Assembly: GCA_964106915.2 (NCBI GenBank)
Contig: OZ066916.1
DNA length: 64,000 nt
Direction: 5' to 3' (one strand)
Origin: Podarcis gaigeae
Taxonomy: Eukaryota
Positions 1 to 13,746 of this stretch are shown piece by piece. The notes beneath the pieces were generated by a model that worked only from the letters and a program-made list of their open reading frames with translations, was not told the DNA's origin and made no database searches. Numbering within the stretch: the first letter of the stretch is position 1; each line of letters begins with the position of its first letter. The position numbers and the translations under genes are program-made.

Positions 1-2799
1 GCGGGCTCTTCTGCCCGCTTTTTCTTTTTTACTTTCTTTGAGGCTGTCCTGCAACCTGCTGCCCAAAATATTTCTGACTCAGCACATGTGGAAGGCGTTG
101 AGGCAGCAGGTTTGGTGTTGCCCTCTGTTTTCCTGAAATTAAAGACTATATGATTTTGAGAAGGGGTCCTCCAGATGTTTTGGTTCGTATCTTCCATTAT
201 CCCTTATCATTGGCTCTGCTGCCTGATGGGAGGTGACGTGTGGAGGGTATAGATTTCTTCTCTGGCTTAGTGGCATAGCAAAGCCAAGGAAAGACCTTTT
301 TACCTTACCTTACTGGCAGCAGTAGGATCACGCTACACTCATAGCATTTCACAGAGCCTCATACGTTTCACAAACTGCAGTATCATAGCAATGCAACAGT
401 CCAGAGTATCTACCAATAAGTAAACCTCACAGAGTTAAACTGGGCTTACTTTCAGGTGTGTATAGAAGAGCAGAATAAAGTGCTGTGTATTAAAAAAAAA
501 ATTAGGTTTGATTTTATAGTTTATTATATTGGTACTTTGGAATGCTACTTCATGTTACTTTAGAATAAAGACCAATAGGATAGGGTCTTATATTTGTACC
601 TAAGTTGGGAAGAAATTACAAGTCTTATGAACTGTGGTTTTCAAAATACCTATATTTAGGGGGGGGAATTCCATTACATGGTAAGATTTATACTCTATTT
701 GTACACTGTCCTCGGACCCCATGGCATGAAGGCAGCTTTAGAAATACAGTAAATAACAACTGGGGGCAAAATCTTAACCTCTGGATGCTCATGTCAGATG
801 TTAGTAGGATGGTGTGCCCGCTTATCAGCTGGTGAAAAGCACCACTGGTGGGGGTGCATGGTACCAGTGGCTCCAAGTTCTGTGAGGGCAGGTGTGAAGC
901 AACTGCTGCTGGTACCCAGAGAAGCTCCCCGCCCCTCACAAAAAAACCCCAGGACATTAAAGGCATTGGAGCTCCGAGATCCAAAGACTCGTAGGTCCCT
1001 GACAAGCCTAGTGCAAGGAAAAATGTATGAAAAACCACCCTTCACCCATGTGGCAGAGTTTTGGATGAGCTGATGGATCCATCCGTCTGTTGCTCCCTGT
1101 TAAGCATTTGGATTGCTCTGTGAGCCAGGTAATCATGGCTCAATACAGCATAACATTTGAATGAACAGGATTTCAATATCCCCATTCAACAAAGAGGAGG
1201 AAGACCAAACCAACAGTTTTTATCAATATAAACTTATATTTGATTAGCAGCTTATTCACTGAATTTAAATTTTATTACCTCAGCAAATGGTACATTAGAG
1301 AAAACCGATTTAAAAAGTGGAAAGAGATCCATAAGACACTCAAGGAATTTAATGGATTACCAAATAGTTATTACATGCAGAAATATGTAAAGATGATTGT
1401 TACACTGTCCGTCAAGGCACTTCTCTCACACTACAGAATTTTCTTAATAAAAGTGTAATGTTTACCAGCAGTGTTTACAATACAAAAGGCATATATACAA
1501 AATGCAATATAAAAGTAAACTTGAATAGTGCCTTTCACTAGAGGGTATATTAAGGCATTTTAATGTTTTACTATCAGATGTTTACCCAAATATACCATTG
1601 CTTTCCTTTGGCTGCATTACAGCAAATACTGATGTCTTGTTTAAAATACCGGAGATCTGCAGCCAAAAATTAACAGGTACTTTGGGTAACAGCAGCAGCA
1701 TCTATGAACCCACTCACACTGCATTCTCTAGCAGACGTACAGTATCAACAAAATCCAAAAAAACTGGTTCTCCATCACAGCTTTGCATACTGCAACAACA
1801 GATTTTTTTTAAGTTTCCAAAAAAAGAGAGAAAAGTTTTAGTCAAACATTCTGCAGGGTTGGTTACGAGTAAGGTAGAAAAGAATCAGCAAGAGGGCCCG
1901 CCCAAGGAAAGAATGTAAGCAAATAGTACAACCATATTTACAATACAATTACATGATTATAGAACATTTTATATAAATACAGGTCATATGTGTATGTGGA
2001 AAAGCAAAGCAATGACATTTTTAATGTTTTAACTGAAAAGTTTATTTAGAAACCAAGTGTGGAGCAAGTTTATGTTTTCTCTCTCTTTTGTTCGGTCCCG
2101 TCACAAACATTTTTGTTGAAAATACTACAAAACTAAAAAAATAGAATTTCTTCCATGAAGAAAAATGTAAATTGTGCAGTCTATAAAATATTCAAAATTC
2201 ACACCAGAGACTACTTTGAAAAAATTATGAGAAAATCTACACATGGACACAAGGCAACTATAACATCACAATTGCTTATGAGCATATCTTCTGTTTTTCC
2301 AAGGGCACAACTTTGCAATAAAGACACACAAACTGATGAAGTACATTGCTAATAAAAACTGATGCTACAATAAATCCAGTCTGACTACTGATATAGAATA
2401 GGTCCACCAAGAGTATAAGTCACAAAGAGTGGGAAAGCATGACATTCTGTTTATATGAGGACTCTCACAAACACCAGTTATCCTAATTTAGCACTCTTCT
2501 TCCCCAAGAAAAAGTAGCATTTGTTGGAATGTTTTGGATAGACAGTAGGGAACAAATGAGGCAGAATATTATTTTTAAAATGTTCCAAAATGCAGAGTCA
2601 CACATCACATTCCTAATTTCTCTGCATATAAATATTAACAAACTTAATTAAAATAATTAATTTGGGGTCTACATTTGTGAATGTTACATCATCATTCCTT
2701 AGCTGAAAACAGTAATGAGCAAAATTTAGAAAACTTAACAGGCCTTATTTGTGCACCTAAAACTTTTGATATGTTCTTTACATTTGGATTATTATTATG

Positions 2800-3725
2800 G
2801 TTAATTTTTATTTATCACTTGCCCTTCAACCTAAGGTCTCAGGGTGGGTCACAACAATTTAGATTACAACTTTGTAGTTTGTTGTAAACTTTTTAATCAC
2901 AAAAGTAGGGTAGGTTCTACAAATATACATCTCAAGTGTCAAAGGCCTGGATAAAGAGGTGTATCTTCGGCATTCTTCGAAAACTTTGTAGTGAGGGTCC
3001 CAGACACCCCTCTGTGGGGTGGGAGTTCCAGTTTAGGGGCTGTCACCAAGAATACCCTCTCTAAGCCTTGCCCAAAGTTCTTGGGGGCAACAAAACTATA
3101 AAGAGAGGCCTCCTCTGCCGATCTTAACACCTGAGAGGGTCTGCAGCGAAGGAGATGGTCCTTCAGGTATATGAGGACTAAGTAGTTTAGGGCTTTAAAG
3201 GTAAACAGTAAAGGACCCCTGGATGGTTAAGTCCAGTGAAAGGTGACTATGGGGTGCAGCACTCATCTCGCTTCAGGCCAAGGGAGCTGGCGTTTGTCCA
3301 CAGACAGCTTTCCGGGTCATGTGGCCAGCAGGACTAAACCACTTCTGGTGCAACGGAACACCGTGACAGAAGCACCATTTACTTTAAACACCAACATGAA
3401 CACCTTAAACTGGGCCCAGAAATGAACAGACAACCAATGCAGCTGCTTAAGAAAAGGGATTATATGATTGAAAATGGAATCCCAGCCAGTAATCCTGATC
3501 AATTGAGCTTTCTAAGTAATCTTTAAGGACAGACCAATGGAGAGTGCATTGCAATGATCCAATTGGGAAGTTGCCAGGGTCTGGAATACAGTGACCAAAT
3601 CATTTATTTTCAAAATGGTGCATAGCTGGAAAAAGGCACTCATAGCCACTAAGGCTACCTGAAACTTCAGTTGAATCCAGAACCCCTAAGCTATGAACCT
3701 GCTGCTCCTAGGACAGGGTAACCTT
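2800..3725 (-). mobile_element. Degenerate L2-like LINE 3' fragment, interrupted by a Sauria SINE
   Basis: Minus-strand translation HIIPFLKQLHWLSVHFWAQFKVFMLVFK matches the LHWLP..RAQFKVL motif at the end of L2-type ORF2. AT-rich tail near 2800. Confidence 0.65.
3198..3381 (+). mobile_element. Sauria SINE, 3'-truncated, nested in the L2 fragment
   Basis: Starts aaaggt...aaaggacccctggatggttaagtccag and contains gcgtttgtccacagacagctttccgggtcatgtggccagc, shared with the copies at 25668 and 61235. Confidence 0.85.
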
Positions 3726-6198
3726 CCAAAACAGGCCATCTCCTAGACTTGAGAACTCGGGATACATAAGATCTCTCTGTTTTCTCTATGAGTTTAGATG
3801 AAGAACATTCTGTTTTGAAACTGAGAAAGCAAGTTCACATATGTACTTAACTGTAGATAGCAGTTTAAATTTATCTGGCTTTAGCCAGGAATATATTATA
3901 TTTTATTGCAGGACAAAAAACAATAACTTGCCAGTTTAACTGGAACTCCTATCAATAATAAACAAGGGACAAGCTTCAAAATCCTCTTTAAAATAGGACT
4001 TTTTATTTTTACAAAAAACACATCTCAAAAGTTAGAATAACTGTACACTGCATCCTATATAATGCTAAAGTTAGACATTCCAAGGTCTGATTCACACTTC
4101 AGCTCCAAACACAGAACTTATGTTTTGTAGTGTAGGGGAGCAAGACAAGACTATCTGACCACCCACAGAACTTTTCAAAAGATTGTCTAGTTAAGACTAA
4201 AAGCTATATACCAGATAAGGGAGGGTGTATGAATTGGTTTTTTTATACCCATCATATGTAGGACCCACACAAGGTAAATTCTAAACCAGAATGTTAAATG
4301 ATGAAGGTGTTGGGGCAATTGTTTTTCTTGAAAACAGATATCTATATGCATTTTGCAGTAGCCTATACTCCATGAATATTACTGTTTTTAATAGAGAAAT
4401 ATTAAACATGCCTATTGCTCAAGAGGTAAGCAGGCATGAGAATGGTCTAAAGCCACAAGATCTGGTTCTAATGCTGAAAGCAAGCAGCCCTGACCATGTT
4501 TTCCTATATAGGCACAAGATTATCTAGAGTATTCTTATGAGCCATTTATGTCATTATCAGAGGAAAAGCAGGGAATCATAATAAATAATAAATTAACTCA
4601 TTGCAAAAGAATAAGCACTAGTCAGGGAAGGAGATTCTTCAGAGCACATCACATTATTTTTCACAACCAGAGAGATATATACATATTCTTAAGTAGTTGT
4701 ATGACTACTACAGGATGTTGAATCTGCTAATTCTTCAAGGGTGAAAAGGCTAGCATATGGGTTTGAGAGGGTAACTATTTGTGCATCTCTGTGTTAGAGA
4801 GCAGGATGTTTAGAATAATCTGTGCAGGGGGGAACTGCTTTCTAAAAAAATCAAGCAAGCAAAATTGTATGATCTGCCGTTTTTCCTCTAGTTTAAAATA
4901 CCTGGCTCTGGGATGAAGAACTATTTACCTTCTACAATCACTGAGGTACAAACAGATTTTGCGGGCACAACAGTTACCTGCAACAGCAGCATGTGCCCTC
5001 TATGCAGGAAGCAATAAATATCTTCAATCCAACATGTACCATGGAAACCAGGACTTAGCATGTTATTCTTGGAATGATGAAACAAGAAGCTGCAACTTCA
5101 AAGGTATCCCAGAAGCAGTCTACTGGAGAGATAAAATTATACCTAATCCCCAGTAAACAGGATTACTAGTTCAGTTCAAATTACCGGTAGTTAATGAATT
5201 TGGGAGTAAGGAACTGAACCACCTGTTTCAAAACAAGCCCTTTGTTTTGAAATGATACAGCACAAGGACAGTAATAATGGAAATGCAAGGAACCTGGTTA
5301 TGGCGTTTCTTATAGGGGTAGGATAAGAATTCATAGTAAGTATGTATCACAGGAACTCAAGTGTTTTCAGTTTCTTCTAATGCAGGATGAGATCAACCAG
5401 CAAAGACATTTTGTGATAGGCCAGTATCACTCTACACACACGTCCCCCCGCCTCAATTTTATGTTATGGCACCACAAAGCCAGTAATGCTTCACAAAACA
5501 ATCAAGCAAAATTAAAATAATTACTAATATGTGGACATCATCATTTATTGTCAGAAGAAACACAAACATTCCTATGCATCTTTACTCAGAAGTCAGTCCC
5601 ACTACATTCTCAACAGTTTACTTCTAAATGGGTTTCGGGTTATAATCCTACGCTTCTTTGTTCCAAACCCACAACCCCCACAGAGTGCCAGAAAATCCCT
5701 ACTAGTTTACTCTCTGCAGTCTCATCTAGAGTGAGAATTTGATAAATAGTCAGGAAAAACAACTATCAGTTTAGTAAGTACATGGTATTAATGATATTTG
5801 GTCAAGCTAAGGCAATTTTAAAAAATGAAAAATTATGGGAGGAAAATAAATGTATGTGGTCTATATACAAATAGACAAGCATCTAATTTCCTAAAGATAT
5901 TACAATTTCCTAATCTGAATACTTTACAAAGGTGTAACTATTTATTTTACAATTTATTTTTTCCTAATATTACTGTTTCCTATATTCCTCTTTAACAATG
6001 CTGGAAAAATTGAATGCTTGAAAAAGGACTTCTGTGTTGATAGGGAGAAAAGAAAGACAGGAAAAACCACTGGATCAACAATGATCATGCATCCTTTTTC
6101 TCCACCCCAAGTGCGCAGAAAACCAGCTTTCCAATTGTTTTTCAGGTTCTCTTGTAGCATACATCTTGGAAATCCCAAAGAATGGTTTAAGTCCTCCA

Positions 6199-6705
6199 CT
6201 AAATATAAACTAGATCATGATTTTGGGCCTCTCTTCTGGTCCTCTCCTCATCTTCATCTGATTCTGACTCCAATCTATGACAATTACTGTATTCATATTC
6301 AATAGGCTTGGGATAGCTGTAAGGGTAACCATTGTCATCAAAAAACCTTCGAAATGTAAATTCATAAAAAGCATGTTCAGGATGTTTGCCATTTTTATAC
6401 CACCCATTAAGTGTGTCATTTACATTCCCTTCCTTATCCTCACTCCATAATTTGTCTGGGTCAATTGGATCAAAATTTGATGTGTCTGTGGGATGCGTAA
6501 TTTTAGGGATGTAGGAAGCAGGTTGCTGCCGCAGATCACTTGAAAAATCAATAGATTTAAAAAACGGATGTGCTTTTATCTCATCTGCACCATTCTTGCC
6601 TAAGCGGTCTTCTGGCCCACGGCAGAGCTTAATAATAAGGTCAGATGCCTCTGGCGTTAGTTTTGCTTGCAGTGGAATGTGCAGTGATGTTTTCCAATTG
6701 ATAAC
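6199..6705 (-). CDS. LATS1: LATS1 last coding exon (kinase C-lobe end, AGC C-terminal domain, hydrophobic motif HAFYEFTF)
   Basis: aag|GTT ATC AAT acceptor; VINWKTSLHIP...EHAFYEFTFRRFFDDNG...DLVYI then TAG. Confidence 0.97.
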   Translation of the reverse strand, partial: VINWKTSLHIPLQAKLTPEASDLIIKLCRGPEDRLGKNGADEIKAHPFFKSIDFSSDLRQQPASYIPKITHPTDTSNFDPIDPDKLWSEDKEGNVNDTLNGWYKNGKHPEHAFYEFTFRRFFDDNGYPYSYPKPIEYEYSNCHRLESESDEDEERTRREAQNHDLVYI

Positions 6706-6776
6706 CTTTAGATTAAAAACACAAACAAGTGCAACAAAATTAGAAGACTGTTTCAGTAATAAAACACCTAACCTCA

Positions 6777-6965
<189 letters not shown>

Positions 6966-7333
6966 TCAATATTTCAATAAAAATTCTAGATTTAATTTGA
7001 GAATACACCAGCTATTTTTTTTATTTCATTTTTTTCCATCATGTTTTTCAATTTTCTACTGCATGTAGCTTTATTTTCAGGTCTTAAAAATGGGCTGATG
7101 GTTAGTGATGCTTTTGCATGTGGCACTTTAATGTGTATGCAGTTTGGCTTGATTCAATTTCAAAAATGTTGCTATATTCAATGCTTATATAAATTATTGC
7201 TGAAATGTTATTGAACATAATTTGTTTTGTGGAAAGGCAGCATATTAATTATTATGTAGCAGGACTGTTAAAAGTCAGGAGCTCTATCACACGTAGCACA
7301 ATAATACAAAATTTAAGATCATAAAGTGTCACA

Positions 7334-7386
7334 GTACAGTCGTATTACAATGTTACCTGTACAGTCGTATTACAATGTTACCTGTA
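7334..7386. repeat. Perfect 25-bp tandem duplication
   Basis: gtacagtcgtattacaatgttacct occurs twice head-to-tail, followed by gta. Confidence 0.9.
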
Positions 7387-7767
7387 TGATAAAAACATTT
7401 TGAAAAAATGGTAGGCTCACCAAACAGGGGAAAACCTTCATTGTTCATGTTTGCATTTGTAGTTGAAATGAGAAGCTACCTTAAAAATAGGTGCTTTTTC
7501 TATCCAGGTGTACTTTACCACAAGCAGAGGAATCTATACAATGTTGGATAACTGTAATCTTCCCCTATTAGGATGAAGAGTTCTTCACATGATACACTAT
7601 GTTGTGTTACAAAATATAGCACCATAAATTGTCATTTGTATCACCGTATACAGTCCTGTATTATAGCGGTGCTTCCTTATTATACCAGTTTGCGTTTTTG
7701 GGTAATCATTTTCAGAAATAAGCACCAAATTACTTTGCCAAGGAAAGGAACAACAGGAAACATTTAC

Positions 7768-7950
7768 CTGTCCGCAGCAATACTTCTGGTGCAATATAAT
7801 TTGGTGTCCCAACTAATGAGTGTGCCAGACAGCGCTGGTGCTGACGTGCTGCTCTACGTTCAAGTGGCTTCAACCTGTCTCCACATCTACAGCTTGCTGG
7901 ATCTCCCCATTCATTACTGAAATCCATGCTGTCCTGACGTGGGTGGTCAC
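7768..7950 (-). CDS. LATS1: LATS1 coding exon (183 nt; activation loop AHSLVGTPNYIAPE)
   Basis: cag|GT GAC...ACA G|gtaaat; phase consistent with both neighbouring exons. Confidence 0.97.
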
Positions 7951-8289
7951 CTGCAACAGAAAACATTTTGCAAACCAATAGAAGCAATTGTGAAGGGGGT
8001 GACTGGAAAGCAAAATCTTGCTCATCTTTGCTGTAAATATATTTTAAATGATGTCATTTCACAATAGTCATTAATATTTTTTGAAGTGGGACAAGATTAT
8101 ACAAAAGACATCTAATATTATATAATGGGTGATTGAGACTATCTCTGCTTTGATAATGACTTCACAAAATGTTATGGTGCTCCATCAGGCAGCAATGCGA
8201 AAAACCTGCTAGTAAATACAAGTAAACGCTGCTACTATATATGCTAATATGCAGTAACAAAATGCCATTATTGCAAACGTTTCTCTTAC

Positions 8290-8872
8290 CACTCTGGTAG
8301 TATTTGGAATCATGTGTCCACCGAAAGCCAGTACAAAGCCCAAAGTCAGTCAATTTGATGTGGCCATCACGATCAATCAGAATATTATCTGGTTTTATGT
8401 CCCTATGAATGAATCCCATCTTATGGACACTTTCAACTGCGCAGATCAGTTCTGCTATGTAGAACCGGGCCATATTTTCTGGGAAGACCCCCATTCGAAT
8501 TAACAGACTCATCATATCTCCTCCTGGAATATAGTCCATAACGAAGTATAAATTGTCTTTATCTTGGAATGAATAGTACAAACGAACTACCCACTCATTA
8601 TCAGCTTCTGCAAGAATATCCCGTTCAGCTTTAACATGAGCAACCTGATTCCGAAGTAACACATCCTTTTTACGTAGAGTTTTTGTTGCATATAAGGCAT
8701 TTGTATCCACCTTTCTTGCTAAGCACACCTCTCCAAATGCCCCAATTCCAAGGGTCTTAATCTTAACAAACATTGATTTATCCATTTTTGCCCGTTTCAG
8801 ACGGATGTAGTTAGATTCCTTTTGGCATAACATTTTCCTCATTTGATCCTGGGCTTCTTGGGATAACCCAAC
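8290..8872 (-). CDS. LATS1: LATS1 coding exon (583 nt; MOB1-binding region and kinase N-lobe, HRDIKPDN, DFG)
   Basis: tag|GTT GGG TTA...AGT G|gtaaga; matches ORF 8162..8842. Confidence 0.98.
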
Positions 8873-10937
8873 CTATGCAACAAATATGAAATTTGACAAG
8901 TGAAAAAAAATGAAGAATTGCTCATGGAAAATGTCTACAAACTCAGGTTTAGGACAAGCAAAGCACCAGTCCTTAAATAGGGAAGAATGCCTCGATTTTT
9001 TATTGTTTTAATTTCTGTATTGCAATATGTTAGGAGTCAATGAAAACACTTCAGAACAAATATGACACAAAATGTAGTATTCAGGGATGGTTAAAAGGAG
9101 TGATTATAACAAAGCCATACACTAAGAGCCATGCACAATGAGGCTCAGGATTTAAGGACAATTGGTTTGATGAGGGTCTTGACTGATGAAAATAGGCAAG
9201 CTGAACACAACATTCTGTTACTGCTAAGAGTTTGGGGGACAGGATGGCTATGACTACTTTCCTTCATAGAAATGTTCTTAATAGTCAACTAAAGCTAGAT
9301 CTCATTCACATTTCTTCTATTTACATGACAAGAAAAGTAGTCTTCTCCTGTCAGGATTCAAATCTTACTAAAGAAACTGCACTATTTCTTCCCATGTGAC
9401 TTTCTACCCTTCACTGTTAAAGGACTCAATTTATAATTGTGTTGAACACAATCTTTAGAAGAAAAGGAGGGTGGAAAGTTATACAAATAAGTGTCTGGCA
9501 AAATAAGTAATGAAAGTACTAAATAAACCAGCCACTTTTAAGTATATAGAATTAAGTAAAATACAAAAGTATAATTGTATCATTATCCCTGTGCTACTGC
9601 AGACCATAAATAATTTTATAAAACAGGAAAAGGAAGATTAGTAATCTGATATAAATACATTCAAGTACGGTGAAAGAATACATGCTTAATTCAAATGCAA
9701 GTAAGCATGCAGGGTCCCTAAGAAAGAGTCCATGCTATTCTGTAAATGCAACACTTGTCTCCAAAATATTACTTGCCTACCCAGTAACGAAGGGTAGAGA
9801 TGTCAGGAAAGGTTCCAACACCTTAATAGTTAAATCAGCTGTTAGTGAAAGTGAAAAGGAAAGAGACTAAGAATGAACATGTAGAAAAAACAAGAACTGG
9901 AATTTGATTTACACATCAGTTAGCTTACTATTACATAAAGATACAATTTAACAGGGATATTTTTTGAAAACAAAACTGCACTTCTAAAGAATGTCACAGA
10001 AGCAGAGAAAGGTGGTTCACCCTTGATTCCAGTGAAAGTGTAAACTAGAAATTAATAACATGCAACTGAAATTCCAATGCTTATTTTTAACACAGGTAAT
10101 AAAGGCAATTCCACTGCTTTGTCAAAATATATCTGTCTGTAACAAATCAAAAGAACTCACAACTGATTAAAACAGTTCCTTCCTACGTCACATAATTTTG
10201 GAGCGTATACAGTTGTTGTTTTCTTTCAAAGAGGCCTTTTACATTCCATCAAATAGCTTAACATAAAATTAGCAAGATTAAGGAAAACCCTTATATCTTG
10301 TTAGCCTGTATTCATCACAGGATTTATTAAATCTCTCAGTCTACTGAGTCACTTACTTCTAGGCCCATGTCTGCCACAAAAAATAGCTACAAAGCTCAGA
10401 TTTAGAAGTAATGGTCCTAGCAGAATCAGTGTTGCTAGAGTTTGGGGAAAATAATACTTAATCTCTTTGGCACATTCCTAGGGAAGCTGCCTGCTTCTGA
10501 CTACACTTGTGTATATCCTTGGTTGGGCACATATAAATAAGTTTCCGACTTCCCCATTCCCAACTCTCATGGCATCAACAATTTGTTTCTCTTCTGAGCA
10601 ATAAAGTTGAAAGTCGGCATACTGCATTTTTAGATCACTTGTTTCTACCCATTTTCCAGTGCTTCCTGATTGCATGCATTCCTTTTATAGTTTCTTGAAT
10701 GCACCAACTTGGCTTCAGCAGACATAAGGAGAAAGGTTCTTTTTTTGACCAAGAACCCTGTTTTCAAAAAGTAAGGTAGGCCTTTCCTACAAAGGTATAG
10801 ACAATGGCTAGAGAGCTTCAAGCTCTCCTGTGATTCCAGCCTGATACCCTGACCAGAGCAGCATTATTGCTGATTGTTAGAAGAGCTTTCGATTTTTCAG
10901 GGTTTCCCCCCTGCAAATGAGATTCCTTCCATTAGGA

Positions 10938-11075
10938 CAGGCTTCCTCAACCTCGGCAGCTCCAGATGTTTTGAGACTACAATTCCCATCATCCTGGACG
11001 ATTGGTCCTGCTAGCTAGGGATCATGGGAGTTGTAGGTCAAAAAATATCTGGAGGGCCGAGGTTGAAGAAGTCTG
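10938..11075. mobile_element. hAT-type MITE (138 bp, imperfect palindrome)
   Basis: Terminal inverted repeats caggcttcctcaacctcggc / gccgaggttgaagaagtctg; perfect 8-bp TSD cattagga at 10930-10937 and 11076-11083. Confidence 0.9.
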
Positions 11076-12250
11076 CATTAGGATCTTTAAGCCATTCTTA
11101 TTAGAATTCTCTTGTGCTTGAAACAAAGCCAATTGCTTGGACAAAGCTAATTGCTACATCTCACATCAGAACTTGATGCTTACTGCTTACATAAAGAGAT
11201 ATGTAACAACACCTGTGGTCTGAGGCTGAATTCTACCACTACTACAGTAAAGAGAGAAACAGAGTGAACAACAAAAATCCATAGGACAAAACAGTATCCT
11301 GGAAATGCTGCCCTGGGACTTTAATTGAAGGTGAAAGTATAAATTCTGCAAATATATTCTGGAACTGAATTTGAGATTGTACAGATACAGGTTTGGATCT
11401 TAGGCTCAGAGTCATTTCTGGTAGTCAAACAGCAACTCTGGATCAAAGCCATTTATCTGCTAGGTATAATATTTAATTATTTATTTATAGTTTTCAAAAG
11501 AGAGTAAATGTATAAATGCTGCATTCCTACAGAGCTAGACTATCATCAACTGTGCACATGGAAGAGGTAAGTTAGTAGCATATGTCACAAACGCCTGCTA
11601 TGAAAATGACCAAAAAACCTGAAACAACTCCTTGCAGGAGCTTAAGTATATTTTGCTCATGCAACATTACTTCAGAAACAATTTTTTATAACTTTTCTTC
11701 CTAGACACAAAATACCCAACACATCTACCTTGATACTGTTGCATAATATAATACATATAAGGGAAGCAACTCAGATTCAACAATTATCTAAGTATGAATT
11801 TTGGGGGGCTGTGGCAAATGATAGTATTGCATCTAACAGTAATGGCTGATGTGGTACGCTAGAGCCACAGACTTGTCCTTCAGAAACCAACTCTGCTGCA
11901 GCTTACCTGGATGTCATTGGACTGGAGTGTCAAAAAGTCAATCTGGTACTCCCATTGGGGCATTCATGGAGCCCCAACCTTGCTGATGCTCCACCCAAGC
12001 ACTGCCCTGGTAAGCTGCAGCACTGGTGCTGCCAAGAAGATGGCTCCACAGTTCTAACCCATCACACCAGCTGCTCCTGGCATTTGGGTATGAAAGATCT
12101 CAGATTCAGAGTGTTTGGCCATGAGTAAATCACTGGAGGTCAGCCTAGTTCACCTCAGAGATTTGACACAATGATACAATCAGAAGGCTTGAAAAACATT
12201 CCACACAGAAGCAACACGGAAATAGGAATTAAATAATTAAAAGGCTTTAC

Positions 12251-13746
12251 CCGCATCATTTCATTTTCCAGTTGTTTCTTACGATGGAGTCGCTGCTGGT
12301 GAGATTTCAGTATGTTTTCGACATGCTGCTCCATAAAGAACTTAAAAGCCTGAGGAGAATAGCTCTGAATGCGGGACTCCCTTCTTTCTTCATCTCTCTT
12401 GTTTTTCCTAACAGGGACTGGTGAAGTTGTTATTTGCTTCTTTTCTCTATCCATTCCCTCGCTGTTCTCATTCTTTTCACTTTCTTCTTCTTTAGGGAAA
12501 CTGGGCTGATCCTCTTTGCCAGGCTTTGCAACAGACTCGTAAGGAGTGACAGGTGGATTTGGGTGTAATAAATGCTTTGGGTAAGGTGGTGGTGGACCTT
12601 GATATGTTGGAGCCTCTGGCGCAGGTGACAGGACTGCCATATTTGTACATGGTCCCTCAGAAAAGGAGATGGGTTGGACAGCCTGCATTGGTTGTGACAT
12701 CCAAGAAGGGTGAGTAGGAGCTAAGGCAGTTTGCAACTCTGGTTTCAGTACACGCATGCTTTTTACTGGCTGCTGTATAGGAGCTGGAGTAACAGCAGTT
12801 ACTGTGGTGGCAGAAGTCTGTGAATTGGTAGCATGGCTTTGTCTGCTTCCAAGAGGGTTATTGAAGGAATTTGACCTTACTGGAATATTCGGTTGCCAAG
12901 TTGGAATTTCGTGCCCAGAGGACGATTGGGGCCAGGATGTTGGGATTCCAGGAACATTTATATTGTACAGCTCCATATTATGGCTGTTTCTGTTTGGAAC
13001 CATCATAGACTGAGGGATGTTCCCATTAGGATATGATGGGGCTGCAGAGCCTCCTGCTTGCATTTGCAAAGGTGTGGGGCTTTGCTGGCTTGCCGGAGAC
13101 ATGGGGTAAGGCGGTGGTGGTTGACGATTCGCTGAGTTACCAGGCACAATATTCTGATGAACAATATAATCAGTCTGACAATTGCCATTTTGCATTCCAG
13201 CCCTTCCAGATGAAAAACTAAATTTATTGTTAACTGAACTTTGCATGATGATTGGTTGCCTGCCAACAGGAACAGAACTAATACCTCTTTGTCCCTGTGT
13301 GGAAGGATTCATCGATGATGGATTTATAGGTTGCGGAGGATAGCCATCTTGCCATGCCCCTGGTGGCACTGGAGAAATGCGAGAGATCATATATTCCATG
13401 CTACCAGAATACCGTTTTGTCTGAGAATTTGTTTCCCAGGAAGGAGGAGGTGGAGTTGTTCCTCTGGGAGGTGGAGTTGTTCCCCTGGGAGGTGGAGGAG
13501 GAGGGGTTACACTCCTTACTTGAGGTGGAGGTGGGGGATTTGCTCTTTGTCCATTACCAGGATGAGCCTGAGCAAATCCTGTTATTCCAGAGCCAGACAA
13601 GGGTCTTCCTCCATCAGGCTGAGAAATGGGATTCTCGGAATGAAATGCCAGGCCATCTACCAATGCAGGACCATGTCTCTGAGGCACCAAGGATTCTTTA
13701 GAACCTTTCCAGCTCTGCCTGCGGTTGACTGACTGCTGCACTCCCC
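12251..13746 (-). CDS. LATS1: LATS1 large coding exon (1496 nt; proline-rich region, two PPxY motifs)
   Basis: tag|GG GGA GTG...ATG CGG|gtaaag; contains QPPPPYP, GPPPPYP and RIQSYSPQAFKFFMEQHVEN. Confidence 0.98.

Larger units (their letters stand above)
1260..6198 (-). other. LATS1: LATS1 3' UTR (approximate; distal end uncertain)
   Basis: Follows the stop codon at 6199. AT-rich, with minus-strand AATAAA candidates at 5941-5946, 2807-2812, 2041-2046 and 1271-1276. Confidence 0.55.

Noticed and set aside
605-1073. Cluster of 76-116 aa ORFs at the window start
   Set aside because: No recognisable homology or splice context. The next syntenic gene (KATNA1 in human) would lie outside the window and I see no exon of it here.
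6706-6708. AAG acceptors at the last LATS1 exon and last LRP11 exon (58448-58450)
   Set aside because: Less common than YAG but well within normal U2 intron variation; frames are consistent.
7334-7386. Direct repeat that might suggest a CRISPR-like unit
   Set aside because: Two adjacent copies with no spacer in a vertebrate intron; a simple tandem duplication.
13436-13510. Tandem PPPRGTT coding repeat in LATS1
   Set aside because: Part of the known LATS1 proline-rich stretch, similar in mammals as I recall; not novel.
12756-13732. Plus-strand ORFs antisense to the large LATS1 exon
   Set aside because: Shadow ORFs of a proline-rich coding exon.
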